Source: an uncultured delta proteobacterium (GTDB lineage: Bacteria; Desulfobacterota; DSM-4660; Desulfatiglandales; HGW-15). Taken from it: 64,000 nucleotides of DNA. The DNA lies in assembly GCA_963740905.1 (NCBI GenBank), contig CAVUFY010000013.1, positions 264,147 to 328,146 on the forward strand, written 5' to 3'. Shown here piece by piece: positions 54,439 through 62,018 of the stretch. Both the position numbers and the translations under genes were made by a program. The notes beneath the pieces are model-generated. The model was not told the DNA's origin. It saw only the letters and a list, made by a program, of their open reading frames with translations, and did not search any database. Positions within the stretch are counted from its first letter, which is position 1. The number at the start of each line of letters is the position of its first letter.

Positions 54439-55002
54439 ATGATCGGGAAGAAGATGGAAGAAGCCCTTAACGAGCAGGTCAACAAAGAAATTTATTCGGC
54501 CTATCTGTACGTGTCCATGTCCGCTCAAAGCGATTCCATGGGACTGAAGGGTTTTGCAAACTGGTTCATGGTCCAGTACCACGAAGAAATGCTTCATGCC
54601 ATGAAGATTTACGAGTACATACACCGGCAGGGCGGAAAGATAAAACTGATGAACATTAAAGAACCTCCCTCGCGGTTTGATTCGCCCCTTGACATGTTCG
54701 AGAAGACACTGGCCCACGAAAGGTCTGTGACGAAATCAATCAATGGCCTCGTCGATCTGGCCATCGCAGAAAAGGATCATGCCACCCAAATTTTTCTCCA
54801 GTGGTATGTGACGGAACAAATCGAGGAAGAAGAAAATGACAACGACATCATCGCCAAGCTGAAACTGGTCGGGACAGGAAGCGAGAATAACAATGGTCTG
54901 TTCTTGCTCGATAAGGAACTCGGAACTCGCCTCACCACTGTTCTCACCGATTTCAGCAAGGGAATCGAGGCCGGCATGAAGGCCGCAGCAGCAGTTCCCT
55001 AA
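54439..55002 (+). CDS. ftn: Non-heme ferritin
   Basis: LNEQVNKEIYSAYLYVSMS...FMVQYHEEMLHAMKIYEYI...ALAHERSVT... are the ferroxidase-centre residues. Confidence 0.9.
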   Translation: MIGKKMEEALNEQVNKEIYSAYLYVSMSAQSDSMGLKGFANWFMVQYHEEMLHAMKIYEYIHRQGGKIKLMNIKEPPSRFDSPLDMFEKTLAHERSVTKSINGLVDLAIAEKDHATQIFLQWYVTEQIEEEENDNDIIAKLKLVGTGSENNNGLFLLDKELGTRLTTVLTDFSKGIEAGMKAAAAVP

Positions 55003-55030
55003 AGGGTCTCCCTGCGTCCAATCATGACCA

Positions 55031-55058
55031 AGCAGGCCGGCCGAGGCCTGCTTTTTTT
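55031..55058 (+). terminator. Rho-independent terminator after ferritin
   Basis: AGCAGGCC-GGCCGA-GGCCTGCT followed by TTTTTTT. Confidence 0.8.
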
Positions 55059-55099
55059 GTCAAAACTTGGCTTTCCTCCTTTCTTCTGAGTTCCACCAA

Positions 55100-55226
55100 A
55101 TCGATTTAAATATACACTATGTAGTATTATTGCTTATTTTGAAATACTATATATTTCAATTATATATAATTAATTTCAATATAGATAAAAATGCTTGACA
55201 AATATAAATATATAGATATTATATAG
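55100..55226. other. Strikingly AT-rich island with reiterated ATTTCAAT / ATATA elements
   Basis: tttaaatatacactatgtagtattattgcttattttgaaatactatatatttcaattatatataattaatttcaatatagataaaaatgc... contrasts by eye with the GC-rich flanks. Confidence 0.7.
55195..55223 (+). promoter_or_regulatory. Near-consensus sigma70 promoter
   Basis: TTGACA (55195-55200), a 16-17 nt spacer, then TATTAT / ATTATA. An AT-rich, UP-element-like tract lies upstream. Confidence 0.5.
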
Positions 55227-55229
55227 GCC

Positions 55230-55485
55230 AATCTGTTCGGCGCCGTTGGACTATCAGAAAGCCATAAACGATCTTCTCGGGTGAGCGTGCATCTTTTTTG
55301 CTGGGAGTCTTATCTTATAACTTTAAAGAAGATTATCGCTGGCAAAAACAACGGCACTCTGGGAAGGCGTGGGAGGATGGAGTTGTTGGATAGGAGAAGC
55401 CTGAATTGAGATTTGGCCCGTGGACAGCTGATTTTTGAACCAACCCTCCATTCTAAGCAGAGCCACTAGTGGCTCTGCTTTTTTT
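55230..55485 (+). ncRNA. Candidate novel small RNA (about 255 nt), family not recognised
   Basis: It is bounded by its own promoter (55195) and its own strong terminator (55457-55485), with ferritin already terminated upstream. It has no SD-preceded ORF. Long-range complementarities are visible: GGCCAATCT / AGATTTGGCC, GCCGTTG / CAACGGC, ATGGAG / CTCCAT. Confidence 0.45.
55457..55485 (+). terminator. Rho-independent terminator of the sRNA candidate
   Basis: GCAGAGCCAC-TA-GTGGCTCTGC followed by TTTTTTT. Confidence 0.85.
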
Positions 55486-55703
55486 GTTCCTGCCTTTCCT
55501 CTCCGCTGTCTGCCTCTCAGAACCTTGTCTCTCTCGTCTGCCTGTGCTAAGACTTTACGTGTTTCGTGACCTCACGAATTTCCCGGGCAGTTCCCATGTC
55601 CGGCCCGGGCTGGCACAAGGTTTGGCAGGACTTCACGCTGCGTTTTACTTATCTAGTCGGATCGTGAGGGCGAGTGAATATTTTCGGAGGCTCGAGAATT
55701 GCA

Positions 55704-57134
55704 ATGACCATGGATAAGGTTGTCACTCGCTTTCCGCCCAGTCCCACGGGCTATCTTCACATCGGCGGAGCGAGGACCGCTCTGTACAACTGGCTCTTTG
55801 CGAGGCAGAAAAAAGGAAAGTTTATCCTCAGAATTGAGGACACAGACAAGGAAAGATCAACAGACGAAGCGACGAGGACCATAGTCGAGTCCCTTCAATG
55901 GCTCGGCATCGACTGGGACGAGGGCCCGTACTTTCAATCCCGGAGATACCCGATTCACTGGGATGCGGTGGCGCGACTCCTGGCAACGGGAAAGGCCTAT
56001 TACTGCCATTGTTCTCCTGAAGATCTTGAAACAAGACGAAAGGAAGCCATGGCAAGGGGCTTGAAACCAAAGTATGACGGCAGGTGCCGCGACAAGGGGC
56101 TAGGAGCCGATCCTCACGCAGTGGTCAGACTGAAATCCCCTCAAACTGGAAAGACTTTCTTCCACGACCTCATCAAGGGGCCTATCTCCTTTGACAATGA
56201 GGAACTCGACGATCTGGTCCTCTGGCGTTCGGACGGGACTCCCACCTATCATCTCGCCGTGGTAGCCGATGATATTGCTATGGGCATCACGTATATCATC
56301 CGGGGAGACGATCATGTCAACAACACACCTCGCCAGATGCTGATCTATCAGGCCCTTGGAGAGCCTTTGCCTCTGTACGCTCATGTTCCCATGATTCTTG
56401 GTCCTGACAGAACAAGGCTCAGCAAACGCCATGGCGCCGCGTCTGTCCTTGCTTATAGGGACATGGGCTACTTGCCCCAAGCCTTGGTCAATGCCCTGGC
56501 TAGAGTCGGCTGGTCTTACGGTAATCAGGAAAAATTCGATCTCGCCGAGCTGATCGAGAAGTTCTCCCTGGAAAATGTGGGCAAATCCGCAGGCATCTTC
56601 AACACGGAAAAGCTTCTGGATCTGAATGCACAGTATATCCGCGAGTCGGAGAGCGAGGCATTAGCTCGCGAACTCATCCCTTTTCTTGAAAAGCAGGGTC
56701 TAGCAAACCTCGATCGCGGCCGGGTCGGAGCCGCGGTGGAGACCCTGAAGCCGCGAAGTAAGACACTGGTCGAGATGGCTGAGAAAGCGTGTTTTTACTT
56801 CGTCGAGGATGTGGTCTACGACCCTGCTGCGGCCAAAAAATTCCTCAAATCCGACGCCCTGGACCTCATGAAAGATATTCTTGACCACATCAGGGTTATG
56901 ACCGATTTCACCCGAAGAGATATGGAGAAAATATTTTCGGATTTCATCGAAGAAAAGGGGATCAAGCTCGGCCAGATTGCCCAGCCTCTCAGGGTGGCTC
57001 TCACAGGAACGAGTGTAAGCCCCGGCCTTTTTGAAGTTATGGAAGTCCTCGGCCGCAGGAAGGTGATGGAAAGAATCGAGAAGGCCTTGGCTTGCATTGC
57101 TGAGGATCATCGTCCTGGTGAACAACAAACTTGA
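55704..57134 (+). CDS. gltX: Glutamyl-tRNA synthetase
   Basis: RFPPSPTGYLHIGGARTALYNWLFA (HIGH) and RLSKRHG (KMSKS). The start is at 55704 or 55710. Confidence 0.93.
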   Translation: MTMDKVVTRFPPSPTGYLHIGGARTALYNWLFARQKKGKFILRIEDTDKERSTDEATRTIVESLQWLGIDWDEGPYFQSRRYPIHWDAVARLLATGKAYYCHCSPEDLETRRKEAMARGLKPKYDGRCRDKGLGADPHAVVRLKSPQTGKTFFHDLIKGPISFDNEELDDLVLWRSDGTPTYHLAVVADDIAMGITYIIRGDDHVNNTPRQMLIYQALGEPLPLYAHVPMILGPDRTRLSKRHGAASVLAYRDMGYLPQALVNALARVGWSYGNQEKFDLAELIEKFSLENVGKSAGIFNTEKLLDLNAQYIRESESEALARELIPFLEKQGLANLDRGRVGAAVETLKPRSKTLVEMAEKACFYFVEDVVYDPAAAKKFLKSDALDLMKDILDHIRVMTDFTRRDMEKIFSDFIEEKGIKLGQIAQPLRVALTGTSVSPGLFEVMEVLGRRKVMERIEKALACIAEDHRPGEQQT

Positions 57135-57143
57135 CTGAACCTG

Positions 57144-58064
57144 TCACGAGGGCTTCTGCTTTAAACGCCTGTCCACGAACACAAAGAGTTCTTCCTCGTA
57201 GTAGCGTCCGTTAATCACCTGTCCGGGCGGGAGTCGTTTCACTTCCTTTGCTTCCATGAACCGTAGAAAGCGGCGGTTCATTTCTCGCAGCGATACGGGC
57301 TCCTTCAACATCCGAGCAGGAAAGTTCAAGTTGATAGGACGCGCGGGAATCAGGTGCCGCGTGGATTTGGCAGCAAACAACTTTTTTTTCTTGGCGGCAT
57401 CGACAACCATCTCTTTGCTGATTTGAGGCGTCCACAGGATTATTTCTTCTTCCTTCAGACACTCGCAGAATTGCTGATCCTGGGCATACTGGCAGGGGAT
57501 ATACTCCACTTTCACCCCTTTTTGAATCAGTTCGTCCTGAAACCTTTCCAACATATCGTAAGCCGTTACGGCATCCCTCACCACCTCTTCACTGAAGCGG
57601 ATGACCGCAAAAAACCCGCCCTGCTGAATGCCGCAGCAGTAACATTGCTCCGCCATCACCCTCTGTAGCGAAACTCTGTCACCCACTTCGTAAAGGATTC
57701 CGTGAAACGCTCTAACCGCTCTGCTTATGATTTCCAGGTCCACAACATTTCTAAGAAGCCTGAACCAGTATCTGAGTTTCGTGCTTTGATCAAGATAGTC
57801 GATCCTGCAAACGGGAATATGCTTGAACTGGAGTTTCTTGAAAACATAGGTCCGGTGATTGCCGTCCAAAACGATGTTGTTCCTGTCAATGATGATCGGA
57901 TTCTCGAGGTTTACCAGGTTCTCGAATTCCAGAATCAGCTTGTTCGCGACATGAGGAAAGGTTCTCTCGTGGAGGAGGAGTGAGTCCACACTGGCGATTT
58001 CCAGCTCGAGCCTCAGATTTTCGCTCTCAATGATAAACTTGTCATGCCTGATGGTCGTTTCCAT
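57144..58064 (-). CDS. ParB/Srx-fold (ParB-like N-terminal domain) protein of unknown function
   Basis: PIIIDRNNIVLDGNHRTYVFKKL carries the DGxHR signature of the ParB/sulfiredoxin fold. The C-terminal 200 aa is unassigned. It lies downstream of, and co-oriented with, the gcvT-SHMT fusion. Confidence 0.65.
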   Translation of the reverse strand: METTIRHDKFIIESENLRLELEIASVDSLLLHERTFPHVANKLILEFENLVNLENPIIIDRNNIVLDGNHRTYVFKKLQFKHIPVCRIDYLDQSTKLRYWFRLLRNVVDLEIISRAVRAFHGILYEVGDRVSLQRVMAEQCYCCGIQQGGFFAVIRFSEEVVRDAVTAYDMLERFQDELIQKGVKVEYIPCQYAQDQQFCECLKEEEIILWTPQISKEMVVDAAKKKKLFAAKSTRHLIPARPINLNFPARMLKEPVSLREMNRRFLRFMEAKEVKRLPPGQVINGRYYEEELFVFVDRRLKQKPS

Positions 58065-58166
58065 CTTCGCGGCCTCAATGCGATGTTTCCATTAGCAAAC
58101 TCACTGCGATATTGTGCATCTTAAGGAGGAGGGCAACACCCCGGATGGGCATTTTTCAGCAACCTG

Positions 58167-60818
58167 TTAGAGGAGTCGATGCAGCCTGTCCATCACTCCT
58201 TCATACTCCTCTTCTCGGAAGCAGAACCGAAGGTCAAGAAACTGAGCCCGGAGAGCTTTCACCCGATCGATCACTTTCATGTTTTTCTCAACCACGTCGT
58301 ACAAGAGTGTGGCCAGGACACGGAAATCATCCTCTTCCATGCCGAACCGAGTCATTTCTGAAACGCCCAACCTTAAAGCGCCGGCAACGGTGAAACCCTC
58401 TTCCTCCGGAGTAGCCTGATAGTTACAGATGATGTTGTTTTCTTCGAGTCGTTTGGCGATTTCCGGTCCCCGACCGTAGCCCACCTTAACTATGACCTGG
58501 TGTGTTTCTGTAAAGTCGATAGCCGGGTCACCTGCCACATCCAGTCCGCAGTCTTTGATCGCCCTGGCAAAGGCTTTGGCATTCCTGATCACCCTGGGCT
58601 GGTAAAGATTCTTGAAATGGTTCATTTCGTAGGCTGCCATCAACAGGCCAAGGAGGGTGCCCAGGTGATGATTCGAAGTCGAGCCGGGAAACGCGCGCCG
58701 CTGGACAGCCTCCCAGAGATCATACCTTTCCTCGTGCTCCAAGAAAGGGCTGGCCACTACTCCGCGCTGAGTCCCAAAAAACGTCTTGTGAGTCGATCCG
58801 GTCACCAGGTCCGCTCCCTCTTTGAAGGGTTCCTGAAAGTAAGGACCTACCAAGCCTAAAACGTGAGCCATGTCATACATGACGACAGTGCGCAAATTCT
58901 GCTCGTCGATAAACCGGCAGATCTCTGCCACCGGTTCCCTGTGAAGCACCATGCTCTTCCCGAAGATGATCATTTCCGGCCGGAACTCCTCCACCAGGTC
59001 CAGGGCCTTCGGGACATCGATTTTGTAGGGATTTTCCTGGAGCACAGGGAAATTGATCACTGCCGCTCTTTCCGTCTGTGGGTCTCGTGCCACAAAATCC
59101 CTCAGGGCGCCCATGGGCTGGGCGCTCAAATGCCCCCCCTTTCCGAGATGGTTGTTCATTACAAGACGGATGCGCCGTTGCTCACTCTTGCGGTCCGGGC
59201 GGTTGATGTAATCCACCATAGCGCTGAAGACGGCCATGTTGGCCATTTGGCCGCTAATGATCCTTGTCTCGACTTCTGCACATCCCAGGAACTTCTTCAT
59301 CTCTTCGTGGATCATCCGCTCCACCTCATCGATAAACTCCGTCCCCTGGTAGTAATAGATCTCCATGTCATAAAAAGCCTTGGACTTCCTGTGCTCTGCA
59401 TATCGAAAGGACGGATCGGTGATGGACAGCATTCTAACCATCGGAGAGGCCGTCATTTCAGAAGGAATCAGATTGATGCATTCCCTTTGCCGCCACAGGT
59501 GGTTTTCAAGAGAACGTTGGAGGAGCCTTCCGGCCAGTGAGGGTTCTTGTCCCGAAGGAAGCGCTTCAGTCCGAGGCTCATGATTGAAAATAATGGGGCG
59601 CGCGTAGGGAGGAGCCTCGTTGCGGAGATGGCATTCAACCGCCACGGCTTCCACGCTTCTGCCTCGGATATCAATGCTCACCTGATCTCCTTCTATGATG
59701 TCGCTTGCGATATGAGCGAGGCAGATAGAGCGAAGTTGTTTTTGGTCGGTCATTTCGGAAGCAAGCCCTTCACCTTTGACGACCCAGTAAGGGACCATGG
59801 TTCCGCTCGTCACGTAACCCACATGCTTTCCGTTCCTGAATACTTTTGAGCCGGTGCGAGCCACGCCTCGGCCTGCAACTGCCAAAGGCTGAACCAGGCG
59901 AGGAAGGTCGGCGATCATGGAATAGTCTCTCTCCATAATCCTCCCGAGAGCCTCAAACTGAACGGCAAGGGCATCTCTTCCGACGAAATGGGCCTTGAGA
60001 GGAGAAAAGCTCACGCCGATTCTTACCATGGGGAAACTGAGGACGGGCATGTCCCCACCCTCCGGATCCTGACCCAGTTCGTGGCCGTAAAGGGGCAAAC
60101 CTGCTTCCAGTCTAAGGGTGTCCCTTGCCCCTAAGCCGACGGGCGTAGCTCCCTGACTCCTCAAAGCATCCCAAAGCGCTGGACCCTGGTCGTGTGGCAC
60201 AAAGAGCTCAAAACAAAGGGGTTCACCGGTGTAGCCGGTACGCGCCACCATGACTTGGATGCCCGAAAACGCCGCCACGCTCACCGTATTCCGCATGGGC
60301 TCAGGAAGTGACCCGGCGTCTATGAGACGTTCAAGAATGTTCCGTGATTCAGGGCCCTGCAGGGAAAGCATGACCACCTCTTGAGTCACGTCCCTCAACT
60401 CAACCTTGGGGAACGCTTTCAGGTAGTGCTGGAAGTGGTTCCAATCTTTCTTCGAGTTGGAAGCATTCACGACGAGCAGGTATTCATCGTCCAGGAACCG
60501 ATACAGGTAGGCGTCGTCAACCGTTCTACCCCTTTCGTCCGGTATGAGCGTATACTGCGCCCCTATGATCCTGGGATCAAGACCGGCGGCGTTATTGCTG
60601 AGGACGTGATTCAGAAAATTCAGCGACCCTTCTCCACGAATGATGAACCGGCCCATGTGGGACACATCGAAAAGACCCGCCCCCTTCCTTGTGGCCAGAT
60701 GCTCCTCCACGATTCCTGTAGGGTAAAGCACCGGCATCTCCCAGCCGGCGAAATCTACCATCTTGGCACCGAGTGAAACATGTCTGTCATAGAATACAGT
60801 CTTCTTGAACTGACCCAT
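58167..60818 (-). CDS. Fusion protein: glycine cleavage T-protein (aminomethyltransferase) N-terminus and serine hydroxymethyltransferase-like C-terminus
   Basis: N-terminus: TVFYDRHVSLGAKMVDFAGWEMPVLY...GLFDVSHMGRF...ARDTLRLEAGLPLYGHEL (GcvT). C-terminus: INLIPSEMTASPMV...GGHLS...LVTGSTHKTFFGTQRGVV (SHMT PLP-lysine motif). The ORF is 883 codons with no interruption. Confidence 0.88.
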   Translation of the reverse strand: MGQFKKTVFYDRHVSLGAKMVDFAGWEMPVLYPTGIVEEHLATRKGAGLFDVSHMGRFIIRGEGSLNFLNHVLSNNAAGLDPRIIGAQYTLIPDERGRTVDDAYLYRFLDDEYLLVVNASNSKKDWNHFQHYLKAFPKVELRDVTQEVVMLSLQGPESRNILERLIDAGSLPEPMRNTVSVAAFSGIQVMVARTGYTGEPLCFELFVPHDQGPALWDALRSQGATPVGLGARDTLRLEAGLPLYGHELGQDPEGGDMPVLSFPMVRIGVSFSPLKAHFVGRDALAVQFEALGRIMERDYSMIADLPRLVQPLAVAGRGVARTGSKVFRNGKHVGYVTSGTMVPYWVVKGEGLASEMTDQKQLRSICLAHIASDIIEGDQVSIDIRGRSVEAVAVECHLRNEAPPYARPIIFNHEPRTEALPSGQEPSLAGRLLQRSLENHLWRQRECINLIPSEMTASPMVRMLSITDPSFRYAEHRKSKAFYDMEIYYYQGTEFIDEVERMIHEEMKKFLGCAEVETRIISGQMANMAVFSAMVDYINRPDRKSEQRRIRLVMNNHLGKGGHLSAQPMGALRDFVARDPQTERAAVINFPVLQENPYKIDVPKALDLVEEFRPEMIIFGKSMVLHREPVAEICRFIDEQNLRTVVMYDMAHVLGLVGPYFQEPFKEGADLVTGSTHKTFFGTQRGVVASPFLEHEERYDLWEAVQRRAFPGSTSNHHLGTLLGLLMAAYEMNHFKNLYQPRVIRNAKAFARAIKDCGLDVAGDPAIDFTETHQVIVKVGYGRGPEIAKRLEENNIICNYQATPEEEGFTVAGALRLGVSEMTRFGMEEDDFRVLATLLYDVVEKNMKVIDRVKALRAQFLDLRFCFREEEYEGVMDRLHRLL

Positions 60819-61044
60819 AACTGCCCCCTCGCCTTCTGTCTTTGCGGCTGCTCCTTCGCGCTCCGCCCTTGATCATTTCCATCGAGACCGGCGCCCTTCA
60901 GGCAAGCCCCCCCCGCGTGATCCCAACGATCATTTCGCTGGCCACTAAAGGTGCTTCTTGGTTCCAGGTTTACAATGACAAATCTATTTTTTCAAGAGAT
61001 TTATGTAAATTTATTGAAGGAATATTCGAAAAAGAAAAAAGATA

Positions 61045-61073
61045 TTGACATAATCCTCAACTTACTCTAATTT
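61045..61073 (+). promoter_or_regulatory. sigma70-type promoter candidate for lrp-gcvH-gcvP
   Basis: TTGACA, 17 nt, TAATTT, about 30 nt upstream of the lrp-like start. Confidence 0.35.
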
Positions 61074-61103
61074 TCCCTTATTGTTCTTGCTCGGGTGGCT
61101 TAC

Positions 61104-61547
61104 ATGAAAATTGATGAAACCAGCCTTGCTATTATCAAACAACTCGGGGACGGGAGGAAATCTTTCAAGAAAATAGCGAAAGAGCTTTCCCTTTCTGAAA
61201 ACACGGTGCGTGGTCGGGTGAACAGGCTGGTGGACGAAGGGGTTCTGGATGTTGCCGGCCTTGTTGATCCCCAGTCTATTCCCGGACATCGGATGGTCAT
61301 GGTGGGCGTTAAATTACAGACCATGGATTTGATCAATAAAGGCGAAGAATTCAGCAGGCTCCGCGGCGTGGTTTCCGTCAGTGTGGTGACCGGACGCTTT
61401 GATCTTCTTTTGATCGTGCTTCTGAAAGAAGACTTCGGGCTTCTCGAGTTCTACACTGAGGAGGTCGCCTGCATTAAAGAAGTTCAGTCGGTGGAAACCT
61501 TCGTGGTTTACAAGGCTTACAATTTGAAGGTGCCCTACATTTTGTGA
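61104..61547 (+). CDS. Lrp/AsnC-family transcriptional regulator
   Basis: MKIDETSLAIIKQLGDGRKSFKKIAKELSLSENTVRGRVNRLVDEGVL plus a RAM domain. Confidence 0.85.
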   Translation: MKIDETSLAIIKQLGDGRKSFKKIAKELSLSENTVRGRVNRLVDEGVLDVAGLVDPQSIPGHRMVMVGVKLQTMDLINKGEEFSRLRGVVSVSVVTGRFDLLLIVLLKEDFGLLEFYTEEVACIKEVQSVETFVVYKAYNLKVPYIL

Positions 61548-61613
61548 TAGCGAATAACGATGAGCTTTACATCGAACGTCGGTGCTTGAAGGGTCAGAAA
61601 GGAGGAGACTCGA

Positions 61614-62018
61614 ATGAAAGAGTTGAGCGAACTCATACTACCTGAAGACGTGCGTTTTGCGAAGGATCACGAATGGGCGAAGATGGAGAAGGATAATGTG
61701 AAAGTGGGGATCAGCGACTATGCCCAGGATCAGCTCGGGGATATCGTGTTTGTTGAATTGCCTCGTGTTGGGGATACCCTGTCTAAAGGAGACCAATTCG
61801 GTACCGTGGAGTCGGTGAAAGCGGTATCGGAGCTTTTTATGCCCCTCAGCGGAGAGGTCCTTGCTGTCAACATGGTCCTCGAGGAATCTCCGGAATTAGT
61901 GAACAAGTCTCCCTATGATGAAGGATGGATGATCGAGCTGAAACCAAGCGATCTGTCCGAACTGAATGATTTGATGAGCAAAGAGACCTACATCTATATG
62001 CTGAAAGGATCGGAGTAA
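61614..62018 (+). CDS. gcvH: Glycine cleavage system H protein
   Basis: FAKDHEWA...GISDYAQDQLGDIVFVELP...VESVKAVSELFMPLSGEV (lipoyl-Lys). Confidence 0.93.
   Translation: MKELSELILPEDVRFAKDHEWAKMEKDNVKVGISDYAQDQLGDIVFVELPRVGDTLSKGDQFGTVESVKAVSELFMPLSGEVLAVNMVLEESPELVNKSPYDEGWMIELKPSDLSELNDLMSKETYIYMLKGSE

Noticed and set aside
55281-55409. 42-codon ORF (GTG start; VSVHLFCWESYLITLKKIIAGKNNGTLGRRGRMELLDRRSLN) inside the sRNA candidate.
   Set aside because: The GTG has no SD. The internal ATG has GGGAGG directly abutting it, so the spacing is wrong. It should stay only as an alternative until conservation is checked.
55611-55627. sigma54-like sequence CTGGCACAAGGTTTGGCA upstream of gltX.
   Set aside because: The GG-to-GC spacing is one nucleotide too long (the sequence reads TTGG where TTGC is required). 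sigma54 is intolerant of spacing changes, and a housekeeping aaRS is an unlikely target.
55230-55703. T-box or other cis-acting leader controlling gltX.
   Set aside because: I found no T-box consensus (GGGTGGTACCGCG-like). The terminator lies about 215 nt before the gltX start, which is too far for an attenuator. An independent sRNA fits better.
60819-60980. Possible glycine riboswitch in the leader of the GcvT-SHMT fusion. The minus strand contains CGCGAAGGAGCAGCC and CCTGAAGGGCGCC, reminiscent of CCGAAGGAGCAA.
   Set aside because: I could not find the GGAGAG...P2 hairpin...CCGAAGG...CTCAGGCAAAAGGAC order of the aptamer. GGAG directly abuts the GAAGGAGCA element with no intervening helix. 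A covariance-model scan is needed to be sure.
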